Assembly: GCA_041483195.1 (NCBI GenBank)
Contig: JBGPFC010000020.1
Location: 9,855 to 73,854 of the forward strand
Source: Candidatus Eiseniibacteriota bacterium
GTDB lineage: Bacteria; Eisenbacteria; RBG-16-71-46
Length of the DNA: 64,000 bases
Direction: 5' to 3'
The translations under genes and the position numbers were made by a program. Positions 33,370 to 44,601 of the stretch are shown one piece after another (positions within the stretch are counted from its first letter, which is position 1; every line of letters begins with the position of its first letter). Below the pieces are notes generated by a model, which had not been told where the DNA came from, did no database searches, and saw only the letters and a list, made by a program, of their open reading frames with translations.

Positions 33370-35108
33370 TCCGGGAGCCGGAGCCGCGCGCGGAACGAGT
33401 GCTCGCGCGCCCGATCGCTGACCTGCGCGAAGTAGAAACGCCGCACCCTGGCGTAGTCCGCGGCCACCTGCTCGTCGGGGAGCGCGGCCATGCGCGCGAT
33501 GTAGAAGTCGAGCACGGCGGGGAAATCCGGGCATCGCGCGCCGCGGCGCTCGAGATCGGCCACCAGCTTCGGGTCCCAGGTCACGAGCTGCGCGTAGGTG
33601 GAGTCGAGCGCCATGACCACGTGCGGCAGGACGTCGTCGAGGCGCAGCGTCACGGCGGCGAAGTGATGCAGCACCAGCTGCACGTGGCGGCGCTCGATCA
33701 GGTAGTCGAGCGGCGCGAGCTTCTCGTGGCCCACGCGGCCGCGCGCGCGCAGGGGTTGATGGGCGACGAAGCGATCGGTGAGCCCGGTCTGGCTCTCGAT
33801 CGCCACCGCGGGATCGGCGTAGTACACGAGCCCGGCCTGCGAGCCGACGAACGCGACGCGCACCGGCAGCCCCGCGAAGTAACGCTGCAGCCGCATGCCC
33901 TCCTCGCGCGTCTGGCGCGTGGCCTCCGGCGTGTAGAACTGCCGCTCGCTCACGATGCCGCTCACCCACTTGCCGGCGGGGAGCGGGTCGGGCGCCAGCA
34001 CCAGCGCGGCGACCGCAGCCGCCGCGGCCGCCGCGTGAAGCATCGGCCGCGATGAAGCCAGCCGCGCGATCGCGAGCTCGAGCAGGATGAGCAGGAACGG
34101 CGTCGCGGGGATGAGCAGCCGCGCGTGCATGAAGTCGCCGCCCACGCGCAGCACCCAGAACGCGTAGCCCAGCGCGAAGAGCGCGGCGAGCGAGGCCTCT
34201 TCGCCCCATGCCGGCTTCGGCGCGGCATCCTCGCGCCCGCGGCCGGCGAACGCTGCGAGCGCCGCGAGCGGCGGGCCCAGCGCCAGGATCCAGTAGCGCT
34301 CGAAATAGAGCCGCAGGTAGATCCAGCCCTGCGAGTACCACGCGAGGTAGGCCGACTTGGCGTAGTAGGTGTTCGGCGCGAGGTCGCCGTAGTACCAGAG
34401 CCGCCACGCCGCGAACGGAACGAGGATCGCGATCGCCGGCCAGCTGTAGGCGAGCGCGGAGCGCAGGCGCGGACGCCGCTTCGCGATCACGTGCGCGCCG
34501 CCCAGCGCCAGGAAGATCGCCCCGTCCGGCCGCGTGAGCGCCGCGAGCGCCAGCGTGCCGCCCGCGATCGCGAGCGCGCGCGGGCGCGCGTCCGCTTCGA
34601 TCAGCAGCACGAACCCGATCGTCGCGAGCAGCGTGAAGAGCGACGTCTCGAGCCCGCTCGTGGCGTACGCGTTCCAGTCCGAGTGCGCGGCCGCGAGCAT
34701 GGCCGCGATCGGGACCGCGGCGATCCATCCGCGCGCGGGTCCGGCGCGGCGCAGCGCGCGCCACCCGAGCAGCGCGATCGTCGCCCCGTAGCACGCGACG
34801 CCCGAGACCACCGACCATCGCTCGGGCGCGACGCCGAGCCGCATGCCGAGCGCCAGCCACAGCGTCCAGAGAAAATTGCTGTAGCCCTCGACCCGCTCTC
34901 CGGCGTTGAACACGAGGCCCACGCCGCGATTCAGGTTCGCTGCGTAGCGGAACGAGATGAACGCGTCGTCGCACACCCACGCCTGCCGCGCCGCCGCGGC
35001 CATCGCGTGGATGGTGGCGATAGCCGCGAGGGCGATTGGCAGGGCGGCGCGCGGCGCCCGAGTGCCGGGGCCAGGGGCGGGCGTAAGTCGCGTCGGTGGC
35101 GGGTTCAT
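33366..35108 (-). CDS. GT-C fold membrane glycosyltransferase (AftB-like)
   Basis: DDAFISFRYA.N...GERVEGYSNFLW, SGLET, RPDG and PNTYYAK motifs; many TM segments. Confidence 0.85.
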   Translation of the reverse strand: MNPPPTRLTPAPGPGTRAPRAALPIALAAIATIHAMAAAARQAWVCDDAFISFRYAANLNRGVGLVFNAGERVEGYSNFLWTLWLALGMRLGVAPERWSVVSGVACYGATIALLGWRALRRAGPARGWIAAVPIAAMLAAAHSDWNAYATSGLETSLFTLLATIGFVLLIEADARPRALAIAGGTLALAALTRPDGAIFLALGGAHVIAKRRPRLRSALAYSWPAIAILVPFAAWRLWYYGDLAPNTYYAKSAYLAWYSQGWIYLRLYFERYWILALGPPLAALAAFAGRGREDAAPKPAWGEEASLAALFALGYAFWVLRVGGDFMHARLLIPATPFLLILLELAIARLASSRPMLHAAAAAAAVAALVLAPDPLPAGKWVSGIVSERQFYTPEATRQTREEGMRLQRYFAGLPVRVAFVGSQAGLVYYADPAVAIESQTGLTDRFVAHQPLRARGRVGHEKLAPLDYLIERRHVQLVLHHFAAVTLRLDDVLPHVVMALDSTYAQLVTWDPKLVADLERRGARCPDFPAVLDFYIARMAALPDEQVAADYARVRRFYFAQVSDRAREHSFRARLRLPD

Positions 35109-35317
35109 GCCGCGCTCATCCTACCCGAGCGGGCGTTCGGGCGGCGCGGCCGCCCGGGACCCATCTCTTGACCTGGGCCTAGCAACCTTTTCGGGCCCGG
35201 CTGCGTCAAAGCCTCCGTCACGTGAATGCGAACGCGTGAACAGCGACCTCCAAACCAGTCGCGAGTGTCTTCCAGGACGAGGGGACCGGAGAAGGCAAGG
35301 CTCCGGGCCCGCAGTGA

Positions 35318-35345
35318 AAACGCCCGGCCACCCGGCCGGGCGTTT
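35318..35345. terminator. Rho-independent terminator-like hairpin, possibly bidirectional
   Basis: AAACGCCCGGCC-ACCC-GGCCGGGCGTTT. Confidence 0.7.
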
Positions 35346-35433
35346 CGTCTTGGGTGAGGGAGAGCGGATCGCGACGGAGATGCGGCCCATCGCGCCCGCG
35401 CGTCTCGCGCCGCGCCGCCGTGAAATCCGAGCC

Positions 35434-35913
35434 TCACCAAATCCCGGGCAGCATCCGGTAGCGGGCGTGAACACCATCATCGGGCCATGCACCCTCGCGA
35501 CCCGCCCGCAGCCGGTCGGCACGGTGGCAGCAGTAGAAAGACGCGGCGAGCGCCGGCAGGCTGAGAACCAGGAATCCCCACGGCACACCCACCGCGATCG
35601 GCAATGCCAGGTAGAACAGGGCTCGTCCCGCCAGGTCGGGATAGCACACGGCCCGGCTCCGCCGCAGCCAGATCGAGCCGATGGCCAGCGCGACCCCGCA
35701 GAGATTGCCGAGCCCGCCGATCAATGGCCCGCCCGTGGGACGGATCAGGAGGTAGAACGCGATGATCGAGGCGACGACCAGCGGCCTGAGCCACCGCGGC
35801 GACCGCGGCCTCCAGGTGCCACGCTCCCGCCGGCGCGCGACATGGTCGGCGATGCCATAGCACAGGATCAGCGTGCCCGAAGTCGCGAAGCGCAACGACG
35901 CAGTCTCGAACAT
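35434..35913 (-). CDS. Membrane protein (ICMT/PEMT-like, degenerate)
   Basis: 4-5 TM segments; YP.L.G pattern; C-terminal RMLPGIW; GGCGGA RBS. Confidence 0.65.
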   Translation of the reverse strand: MFETASLRFATSGTLILCYGIADHVARRRERGTWRPRSPRWLRPLVVASIIAFYLLIRPTGGPLIGGLGNLCGVALAIGSIWLRRSRAVCYPDLAGRALFYLALPIAVGVPWGFLVLSLPALAASFYCCHRADRLRAGREGAWPDDGVHARYRMLPGIW

Positions 35914-35934
35914 CGTCCGCCCTCGTGCGGTCCG

Positions 35935-36384
35935 TCAGACCGTCAGAATTTCGTAGGTTTCCATGCGCGAGGCCATCGGGGGTGGTTCGCCTCGCTCCCG
36001 CGCCCGGCGCACGTCTTCGAAACCGCGCCGGTGACCCTCCGCGAACTCCGGGGAGGTTCGCCAGGCGTCGAACGAATCGCGGCTCACCCAGAAGCTCACG
36101 ACCAGGTAGTCGCCGGCCGTGCGCTCGGGACGCAGCACGAACATGCGCCGGAACCCGGGCGCCCGGTCGATCGCATGCGCGCGGGTTCGAAACAACTCCT
36201 CGAAGCGCTCGCGGAAGGAGTCCTGGCAGGAGATGAAGTTGACGGCGACGAAGTCACCCGGTTTCTCCTGGACGGCCTCGGGGATTCGGTCTTCGGGAGC
36301 CTGCACGACATCGCGGTTCATTGGATGAGAGCCTCCGGTCTGGTGGGTCGAAGCTGTCACACTGGATTGGGTCTGCTCATGCAT
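35935..36384 (-). CDS. Antibiotic biosynthesis monooxygenase (IsdG/HmoA-like heme-degrading family)
   Basis: FVAVN, FEELF..R, PGF and W....F.AW..S..F..GH patterns; start could be 36321. Confidence 0.85.
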   Translation of the reverse strand: MHEQTQSSVTASTHQTGGSHPMNRDVVQAPEDRIPEAVQEKPGDFVAVNFISCQDSFRERFEELFRTRAHAIDRAPGFRRMFVLRPERTAGDYLVVSFWVSRDSFDAWRTSPEFAEGHRRGFEDVRRARERGEPPPMASRMETYEILTV

Positions 36385-36895
36385 GCGGGGCCGGGACGAG
36401 GCACGCCAGGCCGCACGTCGCGCACGCCTCGCTGGGCTCGCATGTGCGGTGATATCGCGGGAGCCGCTCGTGAAAGAGCCGGCGCACGCCGCGATCGTCC
36501 GACATGAGCTTCAGCAGGTTGACGAAGCGCTCGGCGGTCTCGGCGCTGATGTCGTGTTCCATCAGGCACGCTTCCCGCTCGGCCTGTGGTGCCGGGACGC
36601 CGAGCACGTCGATGAGGAACGCCCGCAGCACGCGATATCGGTGGTGAACTTCTTTGGCGACACGTTCGCCCCGCGGGCTCAGCACGAGGAACCGATGAAC
36701 ATCATGGGAGACGAGCCCCTGCGCCTCGAGCGTCCGCAGCCCCACGGACAGGGTGGGATGCGACATGCCGAGCTCGCGGGCCACGTCGGTCAGGCGGGCG
36801 TAGCCGTGCCGGGACCGCACCGCCCAGATGCCTCGCAAGTAGTGCTCGTGGCTCGGGGTCAACGCGCGCCGTTGACTCTTTTTTCCGGGTAACAT
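36377..36895 (-). CDS. DtxR/IdeR/MntR family metal-dependent repressor
   Basis: E.YL..I winged HTH; EACLMEH metal site; Cys-rich C-terminal tail; GGAGG RBS. Confidence 0.92.
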   Translation of the reverse strand: MLPGKKSQRRALTPSHEHYLRGIWAVRSRHGYARLTDVARELGMSHPTLSVGLRTLEAQGLVSHDVHRFLVLSPRGERVAKEVHHRYRVLRAFLIDVLGVPAPQAEREACLMEHDISAETAERFVNLLKLMSDDRGVRRLFHERLPRYHRTCEPSEACATCGLACLVPAPHA

Positions 36896-36914
36896 GCGAC
36901 GCCCTCCTCACTCT

Positions 36915-36975
36915 GTAGCATGACCTACGCTGACGTAGGTATGCATACATAGCACCGCGCGCGATCGCGAGTCAA
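36915..36975 (-). promoter_or_regulatory. Promoter with tandem DtxR/MntR-like operator boxes
   Basis: TTGACT -35 (36975-36970); TG-c-TATGTA -10; imperfect palindromes GTAGCATGACCTAC (36915-36928) and GTAGGTATGCATAC (36935-36948). Confidence 0.6.
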
Positions 36976-37002
36976 TGGTGTCTTCGTTGGTTCAGTGCCG
37001 AG

Positions 37003-39153
37003 TCACCCCGTCACGATCGGCTGCGTGAACGTCTCCCCCGCGGCGGCGAGCTTCGCCAGCAGCGCGGCGGGCTTGAATCGCTCGCCGCGCTCGGCACGCA
37101 GCGCGTTGAGGCGCGACTCCACCTTCGCGAGCCCGAGGGTGTCCGCGTGGCGCAGCGGCCCGCCGCGGAACGGCGGGAAGCCGGCGCCGAAGATCATCGC
37201 GAGGTCGAGCATGCCGGCGTCGGCGACGACCTCTTCCTCGAGGCAGCGCGCGGCCTCGTTGATCATGCCCAGCACCATGCGCTCGGCGAGCGCTTCGGGG
37301 CTCGGCGCCTGGCGCGTGCGCGTGAGACCGAGCAGCTCGCGCAGCGCGGGGTCGGCCTCGCGCTTCCGACCGCGGTGGCGATAGAAGCCGCGCCCGCTCT
37401 TCTTGCCGAGCCTGCCAGCTGCGACCAGCTTTTCGAGCGCGGGCGAGATCGTCATGCGATCGGGGAACGCCTTGCTCAGCACCCCCGCCGCCTTCTGCGC
37501 GACGTCGAGCCCGACCTCGTCGAGCACCTCGAAGGGTCCCATCGGCATCCCGAAGCGCCGCATCGCGGCGTCGATCGCCACCAGCGCGTAGCCCTCCTCG
37601 AGCAGGTGCATGCCCTCGCGCAGGTAGGGCATGAGGATGCGGTTCACCACGAACCCCGGCGCGTCGCGCACCACGACCGGCGTCTTGCCCATGCGGCGCG
37701 CGAGCGCGACCGCGGTCACCAGCGCGGCGTCTCCGGTCTTCGCGCCGCGCACCACCTCGACCAGCGGCATGCGATGGACCGGATTGAAGAAGTGAAAGCC
37801 GAGGAAGCGCTCGGGGCGCTCGAGCCCGTCGGCGAGCGCGCTCACCGAGAGCGACGAGGTGTTGGTGGCGAGCACGGCGTCGGGCCGCATCCGCACCTCG
37901 AGCTCCGCGAACACGCGGCGCTTCACGTCGAGGTCTTCGACCACCGCCTCGATCGCGACGTCGGCGCGCTTGAGGCCGGTGAGCTCGAGCGTGGGGAGGA
38001 TGCGCGCCATCTGCGCGTCGCGCTCCCGCGCCGGCATCCGCCGCCGCTTCCCGCGCTCCTCGATCAGGCCGCGCACCGTCTGGAGCGCCTTCGTGAGCGA
38101 CTCCGGCCTCACGTCGCGCACCCGCACCTCGATGCCTCCGCGGCTCACCAGCTCCGCGATCCCGCCGCCCATGACGCCCGCCCCCACCAGCGCGAGGCCC
38201 CGCACCTGCGCGGGCTTCAGCGACGGATCGGTGCTCACCGCGTCCTTCTTCGCGCGCTCCGAGAGCAGGAAGATGCGCACCAGGTTCTTGCACACCGGGC
38301 CCACCACCAGGTCGCTCACCCAGTTGGCCTCGAGCGCGAGCGATTCATCGAGCGAGCGCGCGAGCCCGTGCTCGATCACGCTCAGCGCGGCGAGCGGCGC
38401 GGGGTAGTGCCCGCCGGTGCGCCCCTGGGTCATCGCGCGCGCGCGGTTGAAAACGAACGCTCGTCCGAACGGCGTGCCGTCCATCAGCCACTGCATGGCG
38501 CCGCGCGCGCGGAACGTGTCGCGCCGCGCGGCGCGCGGCCGGCGCTCCAGCTCGGCGAGACGCCGGTGCGCGTGATCGATCAGCCACGCCGCCGGCACCG
38601 CGCGCGCGATGAGCCCCATCTTCTCGGCGCGCCGCGCATCGAGCGCGCGCCCGGTGAGGATCAGGTCGAGCGCCGCGGAGAGTCCGATCAGCCGCGGCAG
38701 GCGCGACGAGCCGCCGAAGCCCGGGAAGATGCCGAGCAGCGTCTCGGGCAACCCGATCTGGGTGCGCTCCTCCTCGCTCGCCACTCGCGAGTCGCACGCG
38801 AGGGCCAGCTCCGTTCCGCCGCCCAGGCACACGCCGTCGATCGCGGCGACGGTGGGGCACGGGAGCGCGGCCAGCCGCCCGAACGCAGCGTGCGCGCGGG
38901 TCACCAGCGCGTGCACCGCCGCGCGGTCCGTGAGCGCGCCGATCGCCTGCACGTCGGCGCCGGCGACGAACGAGCCCTCCTTGCCGCTGCGCACCACGAG
39001 CCCGCGCAGGTCGCTCATGCGCTCGATCTCGCCGAGCACGCGCTCGAGATCCGCGATCGCGGCCTCGTCGAGCACGTTCACACGGCGAGCGGGATCGTCC
39101 ATCACCAGGTGGACGATCCCGCCCTGTTGCGGCTCGACCCGGAACGCGCCCAT
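37003..39153 (-). CDS. fadJ: Fatty-acid oxidation complex alpha subunit (enoyl-CoA hydratase/3-hydroxyacyl-CoA dehydrogenase)
   Basis: AGAD, GGGTELAL, GLPE, GAGVMG, TNTSS and HFFNPV motifs. Confidence 0.93.
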   Translation of the reverse strand: MGAFRVEPQQGGIVHLVMDDPARRVNVLDEAAIADLERVLGEIERMSDLRGLVVRSGKEGSFVAGADVQAIGALTDRAAVHALVTRAHAAFGRLAALPCPTVAAIDGVCLGGGTELALACDSRVASEEERTQIGLPETLLGIFPGFGGSSRLPRLIGLSAALDLILTGRALDARRAEKMGLIARAVPAAWLIDHAHRRLAELERRPRAARRDTFRARGAMQWLMDGTPFGRAFVFNRARAMTQGRTGGHYPAPLAALSVIEHGLARSLDESLALEANWVSDLVVGPVCKNLVRIFLLSERAKKDAVSTDPSLKPAQVRGLALVGAGVMGGGIAELVSRGGIEVRVRDVRPESLTKALQTVRGLIEERGKRRRMPARERDAQMARILPTLELTGLKRADVAIEAVVEDLDVKRRVFAELEVRMRPDAVLATNTSSLSVSALADGLERPERFLGFHFFNPVHRMPLVEVVRGAKTGDAALVTAVALARRMGKTPVVVRDAPGFVVNRILMPYLREGMHLLEEGYALVAIDAAMRRFGMPMGPFEVLDEVGLDVAQKAAGVLSKAFPDRMTISPALEKLVAAGRLGKKSGRGFYRHRGRKREADPALRELLGLTRTRQAPSPEALAERMVLGMINEAARCLEEEVVADAGMLDLAMIFGAGFPPFRGGPLRHADTLGLAKVESRLNALRAERGERFKPAALLAKLAAAGETFTQPIVTG

Positions 39154-40436
39154 CAGTCGCGCTCCACGACGAACGCCGCGCCCTGGCCGCCGCCCACGCA
39201 CAGCGAGGCCATGCCGCGCTTCGCGCCGCGCCGCCTCAGCTCCATGAGCAGCGTGAGGATGAGCCGCGCGCCGCTCGCCCCCACCGGATGCCCGAGCGCG
39301 ATCGCGCCGCCGTTCACGTTGAGGCGGTCGAGCGGGATGTCGCCCAGCGCGTGATCGAGCCCCAGCTCGTCGCGCGCGAACGTCTCGGAGCGCGCGGCCT
39401 CGAGGCAGGCCAGTACCTGCGCCGCGAACGCCTCGTTGATCTCGATCAGCTCCATGTCGGCGAGCGTCAGCCCCGCCTTCTTGAGCGCGAGCGACATCGC
39501 GAACACCGGCCCGAGCCCCATGCGGCGCGGCGAGAGCCCGGCGAACGCGAACGCTCGAACCCGGCCGAGCGGAGGCGTCGGCCACGCGCGCGCCGTCGCA
39601 TCGTCGGCGAGCAGCAGCGCCACCGCGCCGTCGGTCACCTGGCAGGAGTTGCCGACGGTGACCGTGCCGTTCCTGCGATCGAAGTAGGGCTTGAGCTTCG
39701 CGAGCGCCTCGATCGTCTGCCCATCGCGCGGGCCCACGTCGTCCGGCACCATCTCGTGCTTCGGCGGGGGAAACATCGGCGCGATCTCCTCGCGCAGGCG
39801 CGGGCGGGCGGCGATCGCCTTCTGGTGGCTGTCGAGCGCGTACGCGTCCTGGCGCTCGCGCGGAATGCGGAACTCGCGGCTCAGCACCTCGGCGGTCTGC
39901 CCCATGTTGAGCCCGCACACCAGGTCGGTGAGGCCCTCGGCGATCGCGATCCGCGGCGTCAGCATGCTCGGGCGGAAACGCGCGAAGGCGCCGAGCTTCT
40001 GGAGCGGGGTCTTCGCGCGCATCAGGCCTTCCAGCCACTCGGAGTATTCGAAGGAGTAGAGCAGCGGGATCTGGCTCATGGATTCCATGCCGCCCGCCAG
40101 CACCAGATGCGCCTCTCCGGCGGCGAGCCGGCACAGCCCATCCGCGACCGCCTCCATGCCCGATGCGCAGTTGCGATGCACGGTGGCGGCCGGGACCGAC
40201 TCCGGGATGCCGGCGCGCAGCGCTGTGATGCGCGCGACGTTCGCGGCCTCGGCCGGCCCCGCGCAGTTGCCGAACAGCACGTCGTCGAGGCGCGCGGGGT
40301 CGAGATCCTCACGCGCCAGCAGCTCGGCGATCGCGACGCGCCCCAGCTCGTAGCTCGGCGCGCGGCGGAACGGCCCGCCCGCCTTGGCGAACGGCGTGCG
40401 CACGCCGCTCACGATCCAGCCCGTTGCCCCACCCAT
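39153..40436 (-). CDS. fadI: Acetyl-CoA C-acyltransferase (thiolase)
   Basis: RTPF, NCASG, NEAFA, GHPVGASG and CVGGGQG motifs; alternative start 40454. Confidence 0.92.
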   Translation of the reverse strand: MGGATGWIVSGVRTPFAKAGGPFRRAPSYELGRVAIAELLAREDLDPARLDDVLFGNCAGPAEAANVARITALRAGIPESVPAATVHRNCASGMEAVADGLCRLAAGEAHLVLAGGMESMSQIPLLYSFEYSEWLEGLMRAKTPLQKLGAFARFRPSMLTPRIAIAEGLTDLVCGLNMGQTAEVLSREFRIPRERQDAYALDSHQKAIAARPRLREEIAPMFPPPKHEMVPDDVGPRDGQTIEALAKLKPYFDRRNGTVTVGNSCQVTDGAVALLLADDATARAWPTPPLGRVRAFAFAGLSPRRMGLGPVFAMSLALKKAGLTLADMELIEINEAFAAQVLACLEAARSETFARDELGLDHALGDIPLDRLNVNGGAIALGHPVGASGARLILTLLMELRRRGAKRGMASLCVGGGQGAAFVVERD

Positions 40437-40450
40437 CCCGGATCCTCCGT

Positions 40451-41248
40451 TCATCCCTGCTTCGGAAGCTTGCCCAGCAGCTCGCGCGCTTCCTGCTGAT
40501 AATGCGGGTCGCGCGGATTGCTGGTCGGCGCGAGCGAAATGGCCTTTTCCAGCTCGGTACGCGCATCGGCCCAGCGCTTCAATCCCATGTAGGTGCGCCC
40601 CAGCTCGAGGTGGTGGTTCACGTAGAGCGGCTCGAGCTCGATCGCTCGCTTCAGGTCGTTCACCGCGTTGTCCATCGATGCGCCCTTCGGCACGCCGCCC
40701 AGCACCGTGTTGGCCGCCATGCGCTCGAACGCGTTCAGGCTCGCGACCTTCCGGTTCCACAGCGCGCGCACGTGATAGGCGCGGCCGATGTTGGGATCGA
40801 TCACGATCGCGCGGTCCACCTCGGACTTGATCTCGCGCGAGAGCGCCAGCCGGGTCTTGGGCCCCTCCTTGAGCGCCTGGCGCCCGAGCGCGGCCGCGAG
40901 CCACGCGTGGCCGAGCGCGCTGTCGGGGGCGGCCTTGACCGCGGCACGCGCGTGCATCACCGCGGACGAGATCAGGCGGCGCTGCTCCTCCCCGCTCGCG
41001 TCCTCGCCCAGCTCCGACTCGACGTGCGCGAGCCGCCACTGCGCGCCGAAGCTCGTGGAGTCGGATCGCACCGCGCCCGAATAGGCCCCGCGCGCCGCGA
41101 TCAGATCGCCGCGCGCGTAGGCGGCGTCGCCGGAGGCGATGAGGTCGGCCGCGGTGGCCGCGTGCGCGGGGTGCGCCGGGCCCACGAGAACCGCGAAGAA
41201 CGCGACGACCAGGGCCGATGCCGCCGAGCGTCCGCGTGAGGGATTCAT
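40451..41248 (-). CDS. Secreted TPR protein, RMDN-like
   Basis: Signal peptide AHA-A; TPR helices; WRLAH, HAW, KSEVDRAI..DP and RAIELEP patterns. Confidence 0.8.
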   Translation of the reverse strand: MNPSRGRSAASALVVAFFAVLVGPAHPAHAATAADLIASGDAAYARGDLIAARGAYSGAVRSDSTSFGAQWRLAHVESELGEDASGEEQRRLISSAVMHARAAVKAAPDSALGHAWLAAALGRQALKEGPKTRLALSREIKSEVDRAIVIDPNIGRAYHVRALWNRKVASLNAFERMAANTVLGGVPKGASMDNAVNDLKRAIELEPLYVNHHLELGRTYMGLKRWADARTELEKAISLAPTSNPRDPHYQQEARELLGKLPKQG

Positions 41249-41427
41249 GCGTCCATGCCTCCTCCGCGGCGCGGTGCGCGCCTGCGGACCGGCCGACTCT
41301 GTCGCAGCCGCGCGGGGCTTGTCAACGCGAGCCCCCTTTTTGCGCTTGTGGCGCGGTCGCGCCGGATGCTAAGCCTTCCCACTGGTACGCCCACCCCGCG
41401 GTGCCCGCGCGCCGCACGGAGAACCGC

Positions 41428-43236
<1,809 letters not shown>

Positions 43237-43288
43237 GACCGGGCAGGACCAGGAACGCGTCTCGACCAACTTTCAGGAGACTCCGCAG

Positions 43289-44584
43289 ATGAAATGTGCA
43301 CGATACCTGGCGGCCCTCGTCGTGGCGGGCTGGGCGATGCTGCCCGCTCCCGCGCACGCCGCGGCGTACGGCATCTACGAGCAGGGCGCCGCCGTGCTCG
43401 GGATGGGCGGCGCCGGGACCGCATCGGTCCACGACCCCTCGGCGCTGTTCTTCAACCCGGCCGCGATGACGCGTCTCACGGGCACGCAGGTCCAGGGGGG
43501 CGGCTCGCTGCTCATGCCGTTCACCAGCTTCGCCGGCATCTCGCCCTATCCCGGCTACGGGACCACCGAGGAGATGGAGGCGCAGAAGTTTCCGCTGCCG
43601 ACCTTCTACCTGACGCACCACTACGGTGAGAAGTCCGCGCTCGGGATCGGGGTCAACTCGCCGTTCGGGCTCGGCGTGGACTGGAAGAACCCGGACACGT
43701 TCAGCGGGCGCTACATCGTGACCAAGGCCGATCTGCGGGTGATCAACGCTTCGGCGTCAGCGGCCTACCTCGTGAACCCGAAGCTGAGCATCGCGTTCGG
43801 CGGCAACCTCACGTGGGCCAAGGTCGCGCTCCACAATCGGAGCTTCACCCCCGCGCCCGGCGGCGGCGGCGGGCAGTTCGAGGTCGCGAAGGTCGATCTC
43901 GAGTCGGACTACACGCCCGGCTACGGCTGGAACCTCGCGCTCTCGCTGGTGCCCAACAAGAGCTGGACCTTCGGCGCCACCTATCGCAGCAAGGTGCTGG
44001 TGTTCGCGCACGGCAACGCGGACTTCACGCAGATCCAGACCGTCAACGCCACGGTGAACGCCGCGGTCGCCGCGCAGCTCCCGCCCGATCAGCCGGTGAA
44101 CACCGTGCTGCGCTTCCCCGCGACCTGGTCGGGAGGCGTCGCGTGGCACTGGGGCGAGAGCTGGACGGTCGAGGGCGACGTCAACTACACGGAGTGGTCG
44201 CTCTTCGAAGACCTGCCCATCTACTTCGAGAAGACGCCGGCCTCGAACGAGCGCATCGTCGAGGAATACGACAACACCCTGCGCGGGACCTTCGGCGTCG
44301 AGCACCGCCTGCCGGCGTTCACCTATCGATTCGGCTACTACTACGAGCAGGCCGCGGCGCCCACCGAGTCGGTGAGCCCGATCCTTCCCGACACCGGCCG
44401 CAACGGCGGCACGCTCGGCCTGGGGATGGGATTCGGCAAGGACAAGCGCCTCACGATCGATCTCTACGAGCTCGCGCTTTTCGCGCAGCATCGGTGGACC
44501 GAGGACGTGAACCGCGACAACTTCAACGGCCACTACCGCACCTACATCAACTCGAGCGGCCTGACGGTCGCCTACCGCTGGTAG
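43289..44584 (+). CDS. fadL: FadL/OmpP1 outer-membrane long-chain fatty-acid transporter
   Basis: Signal peptide; NPA hatch motif; PFGL; LPD; terminal YRW beta-signal. Confidence 0.9.
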   Translation: MKCARYLAALVVAGWAMLPAPAHAAAYGIYEQGAAVLGMGGAGTASVHDPSALFFNPAAMTRLTGTQVQGGGSLLMPFTSFAGISPYPGYGTTEEMEAQKFPLPTFYLTHHYGEKSALGIGVNSPFGLGVDWKNPDTFSGRYIVTKADLRVINASASAAYLVNPKLSIAFGGNLTWAKVALHNRSFTPAPGGGGGQFEVAKVDLESDYTPGYGWNLALSLVPNKSWTFGATYRSKVLVFAHGNADFTQIQTVNATVNAAVAAQLPPDQPVNTVLRFPATWSGGVAWHWGESWTVEGDVNYTEWSLFEDLPIYFEKTPASNERIVEEYDNTLRGTFGVEHRLPAFTYRFGYYYEQAAAPTESVSPILPDTGRNGGTLGLGMGFGKDKRLTIDLYELALFAQHRWTEDVNRDNFNGHYRTYINSSGLTVAYRW

Positions 44585-44601
44585 CGAGGAGAACGAACCC
44601 C

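Noticed and set aside
29248..34980. 1910-aa minus-strand ORF and other long overlapping ORFs
   Set aside because: Low-complexity R/A/G shadow frames of real genes, typical of high-GC DNA.
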